From an uncultured Fibrobacterota bacterium (GTDB lineage Bacteria; Fibrobacterota; OXYB2-FULL-49-7; CAYNYI01): a stretch of DNA of 57,978 nucleotides. The notes below the pieces were generated by a model, which did not search any database, was not told the DNA's origin, and saw only the letters and a list, made by a program, of their open reading frames with translations. Positions within the stretch are counted from its first letter, which is position 1. Every line of letters starts with the position of its first letter. The translations under genes were made by a program, and so were the position numbers. The stretch covers positions 1 to 57,978 of the forward strand of contig CAYNYI010000004.1 in NCBI GenBank assembly GCA_964401455.1, read 5' to 3'. Positions 39,001-49,043 of this stretch are shown piece after piece.

Positions 39001-40289
39001 AGGTATTCTCCGCTGCCATACAGATCCACCTTTATCTTTTCTTTTCCGGACGCCGAACCCGAATCTACCGGAAGCGAACCGGAAAGACTGCCCTTCATGC
39101 CGTTAAGGACAAAGCTTCCTCCCCGCACTTTAAAGACACCGCCTCTAAAACCGCCGCTGAGCAAGATATCTTCAAAAAGGAAACCATCCTGCCCCGCTCT
39201 CGCGGACTCTATGCCGAAATCAAAAACCAGACTGTCTGCCGGGCCTTTAATATCAACTTCGGCGGAGAACTTACCGAAAGGAAGAGTTTCGGCTTTTCCG
39301 CGGGATAAAAGGGTGGATACTGACCGGATCGGAAATCCCTCATGATTATATTTTAAATCGGGCTCAAGATTACCTACTTTTCCCGCGCTTCCGGTAAGGG
39401 AAAAAGGGGCTTCTTCGAATTTACCTTCTATCCTTATAACGTCGGCGATTGAGCTGTCAATCCGGACCGAAGCGTTCAGTTCAGAAATCCGAAGAGAATC
39501 CTCAAGGGGAAAAACCAATAATTCACCGCCGGTTACTTCCGCAAGACCGTTTATTTCTGGTTCTCCATCCGTTTTTTTTGAAATATTAAAATCGAGCAAG
39601 ACCTCACCTTTATCTATTAAAAGGCTGCGCCCAAGAACTAATGACTCCTTTATTTCTCCCGTGCCCATTTTAATGCTGACATCATATTCATCGGCCAGAT
39701 CGCTGATCGATCCGGAAATAGCGGCCGGATAATCGGAGCCGAAAAACCGGCCCTTAAAATGGAACCTGTTTTTTTGTAACTCCATATTTATAGAACCGTT
39801 TATACCGCTAAATTCAGAAACTTTCACAGAATCATATACAAAGGAAATCTGCCCGTCAAAAATGGAAAGCTGCTCTACCGGGAAACCGGACAAATCGACT
39901 TGCGGCATGACAAAAGCGGATCCCCCTCCACCCCGCAGAAAAATTTTCATATGGGGACTCACTATTTTAATCGCGGTCACTGCCTCGGCCGCAGAAAAGC
40001 CGCTCTTAAAAAAGCGGACCGGCGAATAATCAATAATAATACCGGCAACACTAAGATATTCTTCACCCTCAGGGTTAAGCATGTTGAGCCCGACAACCCT
40101 GAAATTACCGAACCCGAGTTCTATTTTCTCAATACCTCCGATGCCTTCTATAAAAGGAGCAACTCTGGACAATAAATACGTAGAGACCTTTTTATTAATT
40201 TGAACAAGGTTCCAAAAATGATAAAAGGAAAGCAGGCCGAAGGATACCGAGAGCATAGCTATCAGTATCCATTTAAAGAAGATCTTCAT
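36072..40289 (-). CDS. TamB/AsmA-like bridge protein (1405 aa)
   Basis: N-terminal TM anchor, long Gly-rich beta-strand body (LSGTRKSPLISG, AGPLENPVVAG) and C-terminal amphipathic strands. Immediately upstream of bamA. Confidence 0.7.
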   Translation of the reverse strand: MKIFFKWILIAMLSVSFGLLSFYHFWNLVQINKKVSTYLLSRVAPFIEGIGGIEKIELGFGNFRVVGLNMLNPEGEEYLSVAGIIIDYSPVRFFKSGFSAAEAVTAIKIVSPHMKIFLRGGGGSAFVMPQVDLSGFPVEQLSIFDGQISFVYDSVKVSEFSGINGSINMELQKNRFHFKGRFFGSDYPAAISGSISDLADEYDVSIKMGTGEIKESLVLGRSLLIDKGEVLLDFNISKKTDGEPEINGLAEVTGGELLVFPLEDSLRISELNASVRIDSSIADVIRIEGKFEEAPFSLTGSAGKVGNLEPDLKYNHEGFPIRSVSTLLSRGKAETLPFGKFSAEVDIKGPADSLVFDFGIESARAGQDGFLFEDILLSGGFRGGVFKVRGGSFVLNGMKGSLSGSLPVDSGSASGKEKIKVDLYGSGEYLSFKWRGGVNAFISGSLKEAEVRVNTNLAEFSRNKTEFGRLGFKAAGNKERIKISGGFTDYSQKFNGVISPQKKSMNLSGNIVGFERYFGPSVPLVSSSSVKLNGEFSLKASEKNISLNGALKGNGRRVDAAMVFSVSGSAGKYSGILESDNFVLNGEPLKLNILLNSKKVPEKGLNIDIEDAGGIKGEIFIPKDTLEQIDGRLYSKDITLSKIFGVAGLKQKDLPTGDLGFLFYLSGTRKSPLISGRLSLSGEAAGERISASTDLKFSSGYLSISKGTLFAGKEKKIAFSDFLWSRQRISGRLNWNKIDLGLIGSIVKGPLSGLEGLASGSLDYTGSEGKVSNRVKIEADGLRLGKLKLNDLSCRLSGNGENMKIIKFSARSDGVQYGASGEFPSEYMFGGASETDKSLNITMSFDGNIMRDFAPLVGVIENQSFIHLKGRMNFVGTPGNLFLRRGAIKNKSGRECRIFLKTFLPSEDGVLIDSLDVSVTRRGFVSVRIDADNDGEKFTIINTEAEKGLKPLDIPSLGVSLGVFRLIPPEHGGLTMNIPVFMKRDAVGNITPEGNEGREYFCFAGPLENPVVAGRIIPDNARFTFPPPKKKKKKKDPASFINWRLDIKAGRNMVYFYEYEVQKGIFTYPFVEANVSPGSEIKVRGIRKKDGLRVMGNCFSRRGKIFHYGLFWDVDEITLEMDGMDKRPVMSASAYYNWRNSEGFNERIELKMMFHDPETGAEYEKGRFSKWRLVVVGNRDFVTGLEEPQSSVFLKLLGFEKKEGQESSVPENALRQGGAIIGKMAGSSLTNMSRKVIQPIEQFAIKSSRRIFRSVGMEAYAPEIFKIESDMGINYVTSSIFDSTFYGESTAGISRNRLAREILKNSSVVVGKYLTRSLFLKYSGSLSMRDSLGGEESFVEGIRQSIGLEYQLGSVFQFGLGYDFFDPAYGGFDPAGIRNLRLDGSLRFPFRTFIDGESRRNEKGD

Positions 40290-40318
40290 AAACTATACGG
40301 CACCTTTATAGAAATCCG

Positions 40319-42793
40319 TCAGCCGTTTTTATATACAAGCTCCCCGTCTTTTTCATCGACTTCGATCACAGCGCCGTCTGAGAAATGCCCCTTTAAAAAT
40401 TCTTCGGCAAGTTTGTCCTCAAGAAATTTTTGCATAGTCCTTCTGAGAGGTCTGGCCCCCAGTGTCTGATCATAATCAACATCAACAAGAAACTTCTTGG
40501 CATTTTCGGAAAGTTTGATGGTGACATCGCGCTCAGAAAGCCTTTCCTCAATTTCACGAAGAAGTATATCGATAATTCTCATCATATCCTCTTTATCAAG
40601 AGAACGGAAGACGATAGTTTCGTCAATTCTGTTTAAAAACTCGGGATTGAAGACTTTCCTAATCTCATCCATCACCTTACCCTTCATCTTATCGTAGTCA
40701 TCATCCTTGTTTGAAGGGCCGAATCCCATAGATCCGCCTTTTTTAATATTGCGGGTCCCGACATTGGAAGTCATAATAATAATGGTATTTCTAAAATTAA
40801 CCTTTCTTCCATAACTGTCGGTAAGGATGCCGTCATCGAGAATCTGAAGAAGTATATTAAAAACATCGGGATGCGCTTTCTCAATTTCATCAAGGAGCAC
40901 AACTGAATAAGACTTTTTCCTGATTTTTTCCGAAAGCTGACCGCCCTCTTCATAACCGACATATCCCGGAGGAGCTCCAACCAGACGGGATACAGCGAAT
41001 TTCTCCATATATTCACTCATATCAATCCGTACAAGCGCGTCTTCGGTGTGAAAAAGAAACTTAGCGAGAGTTTTCGCCAGTTCGGTCTTTCCTACACCCG
41101 TAGGCCCAAGAAATATAAAAGAGCCCACAGGACGCTTGCTGCTGTGAAGTCCGGCCCGGGAGCGCCTTATTGATTTAGCAATGGCGGTTATCGCGGGGTC
41201 CTGACCAATAATACTCTTTTCAAGCTCACTCTCCATTCTGAGAAGTCCTTCAGACTCTTCTTTCTTGAGACTGGTGAGAGGAATACCTGTCATTTTGGAA
41301 AGAACTTCGGCGATAATTTCCTCATCCACTTCGAGGATTTCCTCTTTTTTCTTTTCGCGCCACTGACGTTTCATATCCTCAAACTCAAGAGAACGCTTTT
41401 CCTGCGTATCCCGGTATGAAGCGGCTTTTTCAAATTCCTGATTCTCAACAGCCTTTTCTTTTTCCGACATTATTTCCATAAGCTCTTTTTCTTTTTCCCT
41501 TATATAATCGGGAATTTCAAGGCTGCTCAGCCTGAGCCTCGCCCCGGCCTCGTCAATTATATCAATAGCCTTATCGGGAAGGAAACGGTCGCTCAGATAA
41601 CGTTCCGACATGCGCACCGCGGACTCAAGCGCGGTTTCTGTATATACCACCTTATGATGATCCTGATAACTATCCTTGAGCCCTTTCATTATCAGGATAC
41701 TCTCCGGAACACTCGGCGGATCGACCATTATGGTCTGGAAGCGCCGCTCAAGCGCCCCGTCTTTTTCTATATGCTTGCGGTACTCGTCAAGAGTTGTAGC
41801 ACCGATACACTGAAGTTCACCCCTCGAAAGCGCGGGCTTGAATATATTGGAAGCATCGAGGCTTCCCTCGCTTCCTCCGGCACCGACAATAGTGTGGAGT
41901 TCGTCAATAAATATTATTGTGCTGTTGTCTTTCTGAAGCTCCACGAGCAGGGACTTAAGCCTTTCCTCAAACTGACCTCTGTATTTGGTACCCGCGACAA
42001 TCGTCGCCATATCAAGAGTAATTACTCTTTTATTTTCCAAAAGTTCCGGTATGTTTTTGGCAACTATTTTCTGCGCCAGACCTTCTACGATAGCGGTTTT
42101 ACCAACTCCCGGCTCACCTATCAGGACAGGATTGTTCTTCTTGCGTCGGGATAGTATCTGAATAACCCGTTCTATTTCTTTTTCTCTCCCGATTATAGGG
42201 TCGAGCTTTCCCGATTTCGCCATAGCGGTAAGATCTCTGCCGAAATGGTCAAGGAAGGGCGTTTTGGTTTTTTTCTTCTGACCGGGAATGCCTCCGGCTG
42301 CGCCGCCAAACGGAGAAAAACCGGCCGCTTCATCGCCCTGGTCCGCGGGGTCACCGCCTTTAAGTATGCGTTCTATTTCTTCTTTTACTCTTTCGTATTC
42401 AACACCCATTGCCGAAAGCGCATTTGCCGCCGCGCTTTCTTTATCGTGCATCAGTGCGAGAAGAAGATGTTCTGTACCAATATATTTGAGACTCATATTG
42501 CGGGCTTCCTGCGCGGCAATTTCGAGTACCTTTTTCGCTCTGGGAGTAAAAGGAAGCATCTGGCCGAGAGTCATCATTCCGCCGGAAGTCGAGATTGATT
42601 TTTCTATTGATTTGGAAAGCTCTTCCATTTCAACATCAAGGCTTTTAAGGACCGCGACCGCGACCCCGTCGCCTTCTCTTATAAGCCCCAGAAGCAGGTG
42701 TTCCGTGCCGACATAATCATTGCCGAATTTAACAGATTCTTCCCTCGCAAGCTGCATTACCTTTTTTACTCTGTCCGTAAACATACCATTCAT
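40319..42793 (-). CDS. clpC: ATP-dependent Clp protease ATPase ClpC
   Basis: Double Clp-N (GTEHLLL x2), [12 protein letters not shown] domain ([10 protein letters not shown]), GPTGVGKT and the ClpP-docking MGF loop. Confidence 0.96.
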   Translation of the reverse strand: MNGMFTDRVKKVMQLAREESVKFGNDYVGTEHLLLGLIREGDGVAVAVLKSLDVEMEELSKSIEKSISTSGGMMTLGQMLPFTPRAKKVLEIAAQEARNMSLKYIGTEHLLLALMHDKESAAANALSAMGVEYERVKEEIERILKGGDPADQGDEAAGFSPFGGAAGGIPGQKKKTKTPFLDHFGRDLTAMAKSGKLDPIIGREKEIERVIQILSRRKKNNPVLIGEPGVGKTAIVEGLAQKIVAKNIPELLENKRVITLDMATIVAGTKYRGQFEERLKSLLVELQKDNSTIIFIDELHTIVGAGGSEGSLDASNIFKPALSRGELQCIGATTLDEYRKHIEKDGALERRFQTIMVDPPSVPESILIMKGLKDSYQDHHKVVYTETALESAVRMSERYLSDRFLPDKAIDIIDEAGARLRLSSLEIPDYIREKEKELMEIMSEKEKAVENQEFEKAASYRDTQEKRSLEFEDMKRQWREKKKEEILEVDEEIIAEVLSKMTGIPLTSLKKEESEGLLRMESELEKSIIGQDPAITAIAKSIRRSRAGLHSSKRPVGSFIFLGPTGVGKTELAKTLAKFLFHTEDALVRIDMSEYMEKFAVSRLVGAPPGYVGYEEGGQLSEKIRKKSYSVVLLDEIEKAHPDVFNILLQILDDGILTDSYGRKVNFRNTIIIMTSNVGTRNIKKGGSMGFGPSNKDDDYDKMKGKVMDEIRKVFNPEFLNRIDETIVFRSLDKEDMMRIIDILLREIEERLSERDVTIKLSENAKKFLVDVDYDQTLGARPLRRTMQKFLEDKLAEEFLKGHFSDGAVIEVDEKDGELVYKNG

Positions 42794-42833
42794 AAATTAA
42801 ATCCTCCATTAGTATTTCTCATATAAAATATTT

Positions 42834-43892
42834 TCATTCACCTGTATATTTCAATGTTTCTCTTACCATTCGAGCTCTTACAAAATCTCTTTCAGTTTCA
42901 TCCATTTCGCATCCGTTTAATTTCTGGAGATGCCCGACCTGAGCGAGGACCAGCATTTCATTAAGGTCCTGTATCTTCAAACTCTTGAAAAAACCGAGAG
43001 AAGCTCCCAGTTTTATTGACGAAAAATGCTCCATAAATTCTCTCGACGAAAGAGTCCTGGCGTTTTCAAGTATCCCGAGAGCCCTGTAAACCGTATCCTC
43101 GGTTTTAACACGGGCGTCCTTCATAAGAAAATCCCGGGCATCCTTTTCATAATTCAGGAGCTGCACTGTAATTCTGTCAATCATATCGACTATCGTATCC
43201 TCGTTTTTCCCGAGGGTATTCTGATTGGATATCTGAAATATATTACCAAGCGCCTCGGTGCCTTCTCCGTAAAACCCCCTTACAGAGAAACCTATTTTTA
43301 AAATTCCGTTAAAGACCTTGCTTATGGACCTGGTCAACACCAGAGCCGGCAGATGCACAAGAACGGATGCCCGCAGACCGGTTCCCACATTTGTCGGACA
43401 GGCAGTAAGATAACCGAATCTCTCAGAGAAAGCGTAGTCAAAGAGTCCGGCGGTTTTCTTGTCCAGTTCCTCCGCTTCGCGGAATGCCTCTTTGAGTTGA
43501 AAACCGGACATTATAACCTGCATCCGCAGATGATCTTCCTCATTAATCATCACTCCGGATTTCTCACTTCCCGATACAAGGCAGCCCCGCGCGCCTCCTG
43601 AGTTGGCGAGATCAAAACTTATAATATGCCTCTCAACAAGGACATTACGGACTACGGGTTTCTCGACTTCAAGATCAAAAAAAAAGGGGTTTTTAAAAAG
43701 CTTTTCCTCTAACATTTTGCCGGAGACTTTTTCAAGCTGTTCTTTCTTTTCGGAGGGGGTAAGGAGATGGGTAAACTTCTTTTCTCTGAAATTTCTGGCA
43801 AGCCTTACCCTGCTCGAAAGTACATTCCCTGATTCGGGTCCGGAAGCAGAAAGCCACTGTGGAGGATTTTTAACGAGTCTTTCAATTTTCAC
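42834..43892 (-). CDS. mcsB: Protein arginine kinase McsB
   Basis: SSRVRLARN, MINEEDHLR, YLTACPTNVGTGLRAS, VRGFYGEG and QISNQ. Start corrected to GTG 43892. Confidence 0.93.
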   Translation of the reverse strand: MKIERLVKNPPQWLSASGPESGNVLSSRVRLARNFREKKFTHLLTPSEKKEQLEKVSGKMLEEKLFKNPFFFDLEVEKPVVRNVLVERHIISFDLANSGGARGCLVSGSEKSGVMINEEDHLRMQVIMSGFQLKEAFREAEELDKKTAGLFDYAFSERFGYLTACPTNVGTGLRASVLVHLPALVLTRSISKVFNGILKIGFSVRGFYGEGTEALGNIFQISNQNTLGKNEDTIVDMIDRITVQLLNYEKDARDFLMKDARVKTEDTVYRALGILENARTLSSREFMEHFSSIKLGASLGFFKSLKIQDLNEMLVLAQVGHLQKLNGCEMDETERDFVRARMVRETLKYTGE

Positions 43893-44421
43893 CCGCAGAT
43901 CCCCCTTTCTGCTTTCCCGCCGTCGATTCCATATTCCTGATAGTGTCCCTGATGCGGGCCGCATGCTCATAGTCCTCGCACTCAATGGCTATTCGAAGAG
44001 CATCCTTTAGCTCTGCCACGGTCTTTTCGCCGGAAGGGCCGCAGAGTTTACCGTCCGGTGTTTTACCGGTATGATAATCGGCTCCCTGTATTTTAGACAA
44101 TAACGATGAGAGAGGGGTTTCGAAAGCTTTGAAGCACTCACTACATCCGAGCTTTCCTTTTAATTTGAATTCCGAATACAGAATTCCGCAGTTCGGACAT
44201 TTAAGTTCTTCTTCAAAAGATGTTTTATTGGAAAGATCGGACATAAAATCACCGAGAAAATCTTTCTGGATCGGCTCCGGAGAATGAGCGGTCATTTCAG
44301 GAGCTTTGAAACCACGTTTTTCGGCACAATTGCGGCACAAATTAAGCGAGGTCTTATCTCCGTTAATTATCTGAGTAAATTGAATCACGGCGTCTTCTTT
44401 GTGACAGTCGCTGCACTTCAT
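43882..44421 (-). CDS. mcsA: McsA (Zn-binding/UVR activator of McsB)
   Basis: Four CxxC motifs (CSDC, CRNC, CPNC, CSEC), HTGK and UVR EDYEHAARIRD. Confidence 0.92.
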   Translation of the reverse strand: MKCSDCHKEDAVIQFTQIINGDKTSLNLCRNCAEKRGFKAPEMTAHSPEPIQKDFLGDFMSDLSNKTSFEEELKCPNCGILYSEFKLKGKLGCSECFKAFETPLSSLLSKIQGADYHTGKTPDGKLCGPSGEKTVAELKDALRIAIECEDYEHAARIRDTIRNMESTAGKQKGGSAGEN

Positions 44422-45107
44422 ATTATTTTTCCCTCTTCAAGATGAAAATGGTCCTTCGAAATCTCAAGGGCTTTTTCATCATGCGAAACTATTATAAAGG
44501 AAACACCTGTACTCCTGTTCAGTTCCTGCATCAGCTCATACAGCATAGCGCTGTTTTTGCTGTCAAGGTTCCCGGTTGGTTCATCCGCCAGTACTGCCGC
44601 CGGGCTGTTGAAAAGAGACCGGGCAACCGCTGCCCGCTGCCTTTCTCCCCCCGAAAGTTTAGAAGGGACATGGCCGCTTCGACCCGAAAGCCCTACTTTT
44701 TCAAGCAGATCCATGGCTTTTTTCTCAAGCTGCTCTCCCGAGCCGCCGGCAATAAGCCCCGGCATCATAACATTCTCAAGCGCTGTGAATTCCGGAAGCA
44801 GATGATGAAACTGAAAAACAAAACCAATATTCTCGTTTCTGAATTTATCAAGTTTCTCTTCGGAAGCACTACGAAGCTCGAATTCCGAAAAATATTTGAC
44901 CGACCCCTCATCCGGACGTTCCAATGCGCCGAGAATATTAAGCAGAGTGGTTTTACCCGCTCCGGAGACACCCGTTATTACCGAGGCGGCCCCTTTCCTT
45001 ACAGTAAGATCAACCCCGTCAAGGACTTTCAGCTCCTCAGAAGACTCAAAATATGATTTCCGAAGCCCTCTGGCCTCCAGAACGGTTTCATCAGATAAAT
45101 TATTCAT
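44418..45107 (-). CDS. lolD: Lipoprotein-releasing ABC transporter ATPase LolD
   Basis: GVSGAGKT, GFVFQFHHLLPEFTALENV, LSGGERQR and ADEPTGNLD. Start corrected to ATG 45107. Confidence 0.92.
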   Translation of the reverse strand: MNNLSDETVLEARGLRKSYFESSEELKVLDGVDLTVRKGAASVITGVSGAGKTTLLNILGALERPDEGSVKYFSEFELRSASEEKLDKFRNENIGFVFQFHHLLPEFTALENVMMPGLIAGGSGEQLEKKAMDLLEKVGLSGRSGHVPSKLSGGERQRAAVARSLFNSPAAVLADEPTGNLDSKNSAMLYELMQELNRSTGVSFIIVSHDEKALEISKDHFHLEEGKII

Positions 45108-46350
45108 AACGCAGGGCCTCCGCCGGATAAAGCTTCGAAGCTTTGAAAGCCGGATACACGGTCGCAAGAAAACATATAATATTGACTGCGGCTATAACCA
45201 CTACAATATCGACGGGTATTATTTTCACAGGTACGCTCGAAATAAAATATATGTCGCCGGGAAGAGGAATCAGGTTGAACTTAACCTGAAGAAAGCAGAG
45301 ACCCAGTCCGAGAAAAAGACCGGTAGCTGTCCCTATCAAACCAATCATTATGCCCTCGACCATGAAAATTTTTCTTATTACGCCTGTGCCCGCTCCCATA
45401 GACCTCAATATTCCGATTTCTCTGGTTTTTTCCATTACAGTCATTATAAGCGAACTTATTATATTGAAAGCCGCGACAAGGACAATCAGGCATATAACAA
45501 TAAAAACAACCCTCTTTTCCACCTTCATCCATGCGAAAAGAGTTTTATTCTGGGCTTTCCAGTCAAAAACATAGTGCGGGTAATCAACAACATCTTTTAC
45601 TGAAGCCGCCGTTTTTTCCGCGGTAAAAATATCCTTTGTTCTAAAATGAAGTCCCGTAACTCCGCCGTCCGTCTGAAACAGCTGTTTGGCCGGCTCAAGC
45701 CCTATATATCCCATCTGCGTATCATATTCATACATTCCGGTTTCAAAAATACCGGTAAGAACAAACTGCTTCATTTTCGGAGGATGAAAACTCATCAGGT
45801 CGTCTTTACTGTCGACTTTCAGGCTCATGAGGGTCAGCAGATCTCCAACCCCCGCCCGGATATGGTCTGCGAGGCCGTACCCCAGTATTATACCGGGAAG
45901 TTCTCTGTCCTTATAAGAAGCATTTCCAAGGTTAAATTCCCCGTAAACAATTTTATCTTCTATTTCAGTCACATATTTTTCTTTTTCGGGATGAATGCCT
46001 ATACAAAGGAAACCGTCCCTTACCGTTTTGGAGGATACAGCGGCTTTGTCCTGAATAAAAGGTGCGCCAGCCGTAACATCAGAAGCACAGTACTGAAGCA
46101 CAGTATCCAGGAGAGAATTATAATCCTTTATGATACCGTTATGATATTTCAAAACCTTAAAATGAGCATTGGTGCCGACAATACGGCTTCTTACCTCATC
46201 CTCAAATCCGTTCATTATTGACAATGCTATTATAAGAGCGGCTACACCGAGAGTAACGCCTCCGACTGACACATAAGTTATCGCGGAGATGAAACCGACC
46301 TTTCTTCTCGCGGAGAAATATCTTCTCGCTATGAAAAACTCAAATTTCAA
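45100..46350 (-). CDS. lolC: Lipoprotein-releasing ABC transporter permease LolC/E
   Basis: FIARRY..SIMNGF, GIFETGMYEYD, EKTREIGILRSMG and PAEALRYE. Confidence 0.92.
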   Translation of the reverse strand: MKFEFFIARRYFSARRKVGFISAITYVSVGGVTLGVAALIIALSIMNGFEDEVRSRIVGTNAHFKVLKYHNGIIKDYNSLLDTVLQYCASDVTAGAPFIQDKAAVSSKTVRDGFLCIGIHPEKEKYVTEIEDKIVYGEFNLGNASYKDRELPGIILGYGLADHIRAGVGDLLTLMSLKVDSKDDLMSFHPPKMKQFVLTGIFETGMYEYDTQMGYIGLEPAKQLFQTDGGVTGLHFRTKDIFTAEKTAASVKDVVDYPHYVFDWKAQNKTLFAWMKVEKRVVFIVICLIVLVAAFNIISSLIMTVMEKTREIGILRSMGAGTGVIRKIFMVEGIMIGLIGTATGLFLGLGLCFLQVKFNLIPLPGDIYFISSVPVKIIPVDIVVVIAAVNIICFLATVYPAFKASKLYPAEALRYE

Positions 46351-47849
46351 TTTTCGCCTTTCAGAAGAGGAAAGAGGATAACGTCTCTTATCGTATCGGA
46401 ATTTGTAAAAAGCATAACCATACGGTCTATTCCTATTCCTGTGCCACCCATCGGGGGCATACCGTATTCCATACAGCGGATGAAATCGTTGTCCATCGGA
46501 TGTGTCTCGTCTTCTCCGCCCCGTCCTCTTTCCACCTGGTCCTCAAGACACTTCTTTTGTATTACCGGGTCATTAAGCTCCGAATAGGCATTTCCGATTT
46601 CCCATCCGTTTATATATGGTTCGAACCTCTCAATGAGAGTATCGTCCTCCCGGTGGACCTTGCAAAGAGGCGAGGTCTCCCGGGGATGATCTGTTATAAA
46701 AACAGGCTGTATAAGTTTGTCCTCACACAGTTCCTCAAAAAGGGTTGCGATTGCCATTCCCCGCATGAACACACCTTCCTGCTTCACACCGATTTTGTCA
46801 AGCTCGGTTTTTATCCGGTCATCGCTCATTTTTCCAATATCCAGACCGGCAAACTCTGAGATAGCGTCAGCCATTGTCATTCTTTTCCACGGAGGAGAAA
46901 GATCAATTTTCTTTCCGTCGTATTCAAGAACTGTCGTTCCGAGGACTTCCTGCGCCGCCATAGAGAAAATATTCTCGAAGCGTTCCATCATTTTATTGTA
47001 ATCGGCGTACGCCTCATAAAATTCAAGCTGGGTAAACTCAGGATTGTGCGTCCTGTCGATTCCCTCGTTGCGGAAGTCTTTGACGAATTCAAAAACCTTT
47101 TCCATGCCTCCGGCAACACATCTTTTAAGGTAAAGCTCATTACTTATGCGCAGGTATAGATCGATGTCGAGCGCGTTATGATGCGTAACAAAAGGCCTGG
47201 CGCTCGCTCCGCCGTATACTCCCTGAAGAGTAGGCGTCTCAACTTCGGTAAACCCTTCTCCGGCGAGATATTTTCTTATAACGGAAATTATAGCTGAACG
47301 CTTTTTAAAAACCTCCATAACTTCGTCGTTGAGAGCCAGGTCGGCGTATCGCTGACGATATCTTGTTTCTTTGTCTTTAAACTGATCAAAAACAATTCTC
47401 TCCCCGTCAGGGCCTTTCTTTTCCTTAGGTACCGGCAGCGGTCTCAGTGATTTGGAAAGAAGAACGCCCTTCTCGACCTTAACGGATTTCTCTCCGGTGC
47501 GGGTAACAAGCAGAGGTCCCTCAATACCGACAAAATCCCCGAGATCAAGAAGTTTAAACATTTCATACTCTTTTGTGCCGACAATGTCTCTGGCTACTAC
47601 GGCCTGAATTCGGCCGGAAGGGTCTTTTATATCGGCGAAAGCGGTTTTCCCCATGCGTCTGTATGCCATAAGCCTTCCGCATATCCTGACGACCGTACCG
47701 TTCTTTTCAAGATCGGTAAAGTTTTCAATAACATCCCCAGCCAGATGGGTTCTTTCATAAGTGTACGGATAAGGGTTTATGCCCATATCCATAAGCTTCT
47801 GACGCTTCTCCATCCTCGCTTTCATCTGGTCGGATATTTCACTCATCAT
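46347..47849 (-). CDS. lysS: Lysine--tRNA ligase (class II)
   Basis: RYRQRYADL, GGASARPF, FRNEGIDRTHNPEF, NAYSELNDP and GIGIDR. Confidence 0.98.
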   Translation of the reverse strand: MMSEISDQMKARMEKRQKLMDMGINPYPYTYERTHLAGDVIENFTDLEKNGTVVRICGRLMAYRRMGKTAFADIKDPSGRIQAVVARDIVGTKEYEMFKLLDLGDFVGIEGPLLVTRTGEKSVKVEKGVLLSKSLRPLPVPKEKKGPDGERIVFDQFKDKETRYRQRYADLALNDEVMEVFKKRSAIISVIRKYLAGEGFTEVETPTLQGVYGGASARPFVTHHNALDIDLYLRISNELYLKRCVAGGMEKVFEFVKDFRNEGIDRTHNPEFTQLEFYEAYADYNKMMERFENIFSMAAQEVLGTTVLEYDGKKIDLSPPWKRMTMADAISEFAGLDIGKMSDDRIKTELDKIGVKQEGVFMRGMAIATLFEELCEDKLIQPVFITDHPRETSPLCKVHREDDTLIERFEPYINGWEIGNAYSELNDPVIQKKCLEDQVERGRGGEDETHPMDNDFIRCMEYGMPPMGGTGIGIDRMVMLFTNSDTIRDVILFPLLKGEN

Positions 47850-47878
47850 AATTTCCTTTCAATTAAGCGCCGCGGCCT

Positions 47879-48968
47879 CTATGACTCAAGGAGGTAGGCT
47901 TTAATAAATTCATCAATTTCCCCGTCAAGCACAGCCTGCGTATTGGATGTCTCGACATTGGTTCTGTGGTCTTTAACCATATTGTAAGGGTGTAAAACAT
48001 AAGATCTGATCTGGCTTCCCCATTCAATTTTTTTCTTTTCGGCCATTCCCGCCTGTCTTTTTTTATCCTCTTCTTCCTTATGATGCTGATAAAGCCTTGA
48101 TTTCAGTATCTTCGAACAGATTTCACGGTTTTTGAGCTGAGACCTCTCGTTCTGGCATTGAACTACTATACCGGTCGGCATATGGGTCATTCTAATCGCC
48201 GAATCTGTTTTATTTACATGCTGACCACCCGCGCCGCTTGCACGATAAGTATCCACTCTTATATCTTTTTCATCCAGTTCGAACTCGACATCATCCGCGA
48301 TTACGGGACTTGCGTAAACCGAAGCAAATGAAGTATGACGCCTCGCGCCTGAATCGAACGGAGATATCCTCACAAGCCTGTGTACTCCGGTTTCGGCCTT
48401 GAGAAAACCGAAAGCGTATGAGCCCTTTATTTCTATAACGGCGCTTTTTATACCGGCTTCTTCACCGGGCTGATAATCAAGGTCCTGCCCCTCAAATCCT
48501 TTTCTCTCTATCCATCTGTGAAACATGCGGTAGAGCATCTGCGCCCAGTCGGTGGACTCGGTTCCTCCCGCCCCGGGATGTATTGTCAGTATGGCGTCAC
48601 TGTCATCATCATCTCCTGAAAACATTTTCAAAAGCTCAAGATCGTCCACTTTTTCTTTGAGCGCGGGTATCTCAGGCAAGATTTCCTCAAAAATCGCGCT
48701 GTCATTCTCGGCTTCGGCAAGTTCAATATATTCCGCCAATTCATCCGCCTGTTTTTTAAGGCCTTCCCAGCGGACAAGGACTTTTTTTAATTTATCGAGT
48801 TTTTTGGTTACTTCTTTGGCGGCACCGGTATCATTCCAGAAATCAGGCTGAAGGGTTGTTTTCTGGAGCGAGTCGGCTTCTTTTTTCTTTTCAGCCAGGT
48901 CAAAGGAACCTCCAGAGATTAAGCAATCTTTCTTTTTGTTCGTTTACAATAGAACTTATGTCACTCAT
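47879..48968 (-). CDS. prfB: Peptide chain release factor 2, programmed +1 frameshift
   Basis: SPF and GGQ motifs. The first ORF (ATG 48968, 22 codons) ends TGG AGG TTC CTT TGA C, and the +1 GAC (48901-48899) is in frame with the 47879-48739 ORF. Confidence 0.97.
48899..48913 (-). promoter_or_regulatory. prfB +1 ribosomal frameshift site
   Basis: GGAGG-TTC-CTT-TGA-C: internal SD plus slippery CUU-UGA-C. Confidence 0.95.
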
Positions 48969-49043
48969 AATAATCTGACCGCCTTGACATTGAATTAATA
49001 AAACAAGGATATGCGCCGCCGTAAACACGACCGCCGAGGATAA

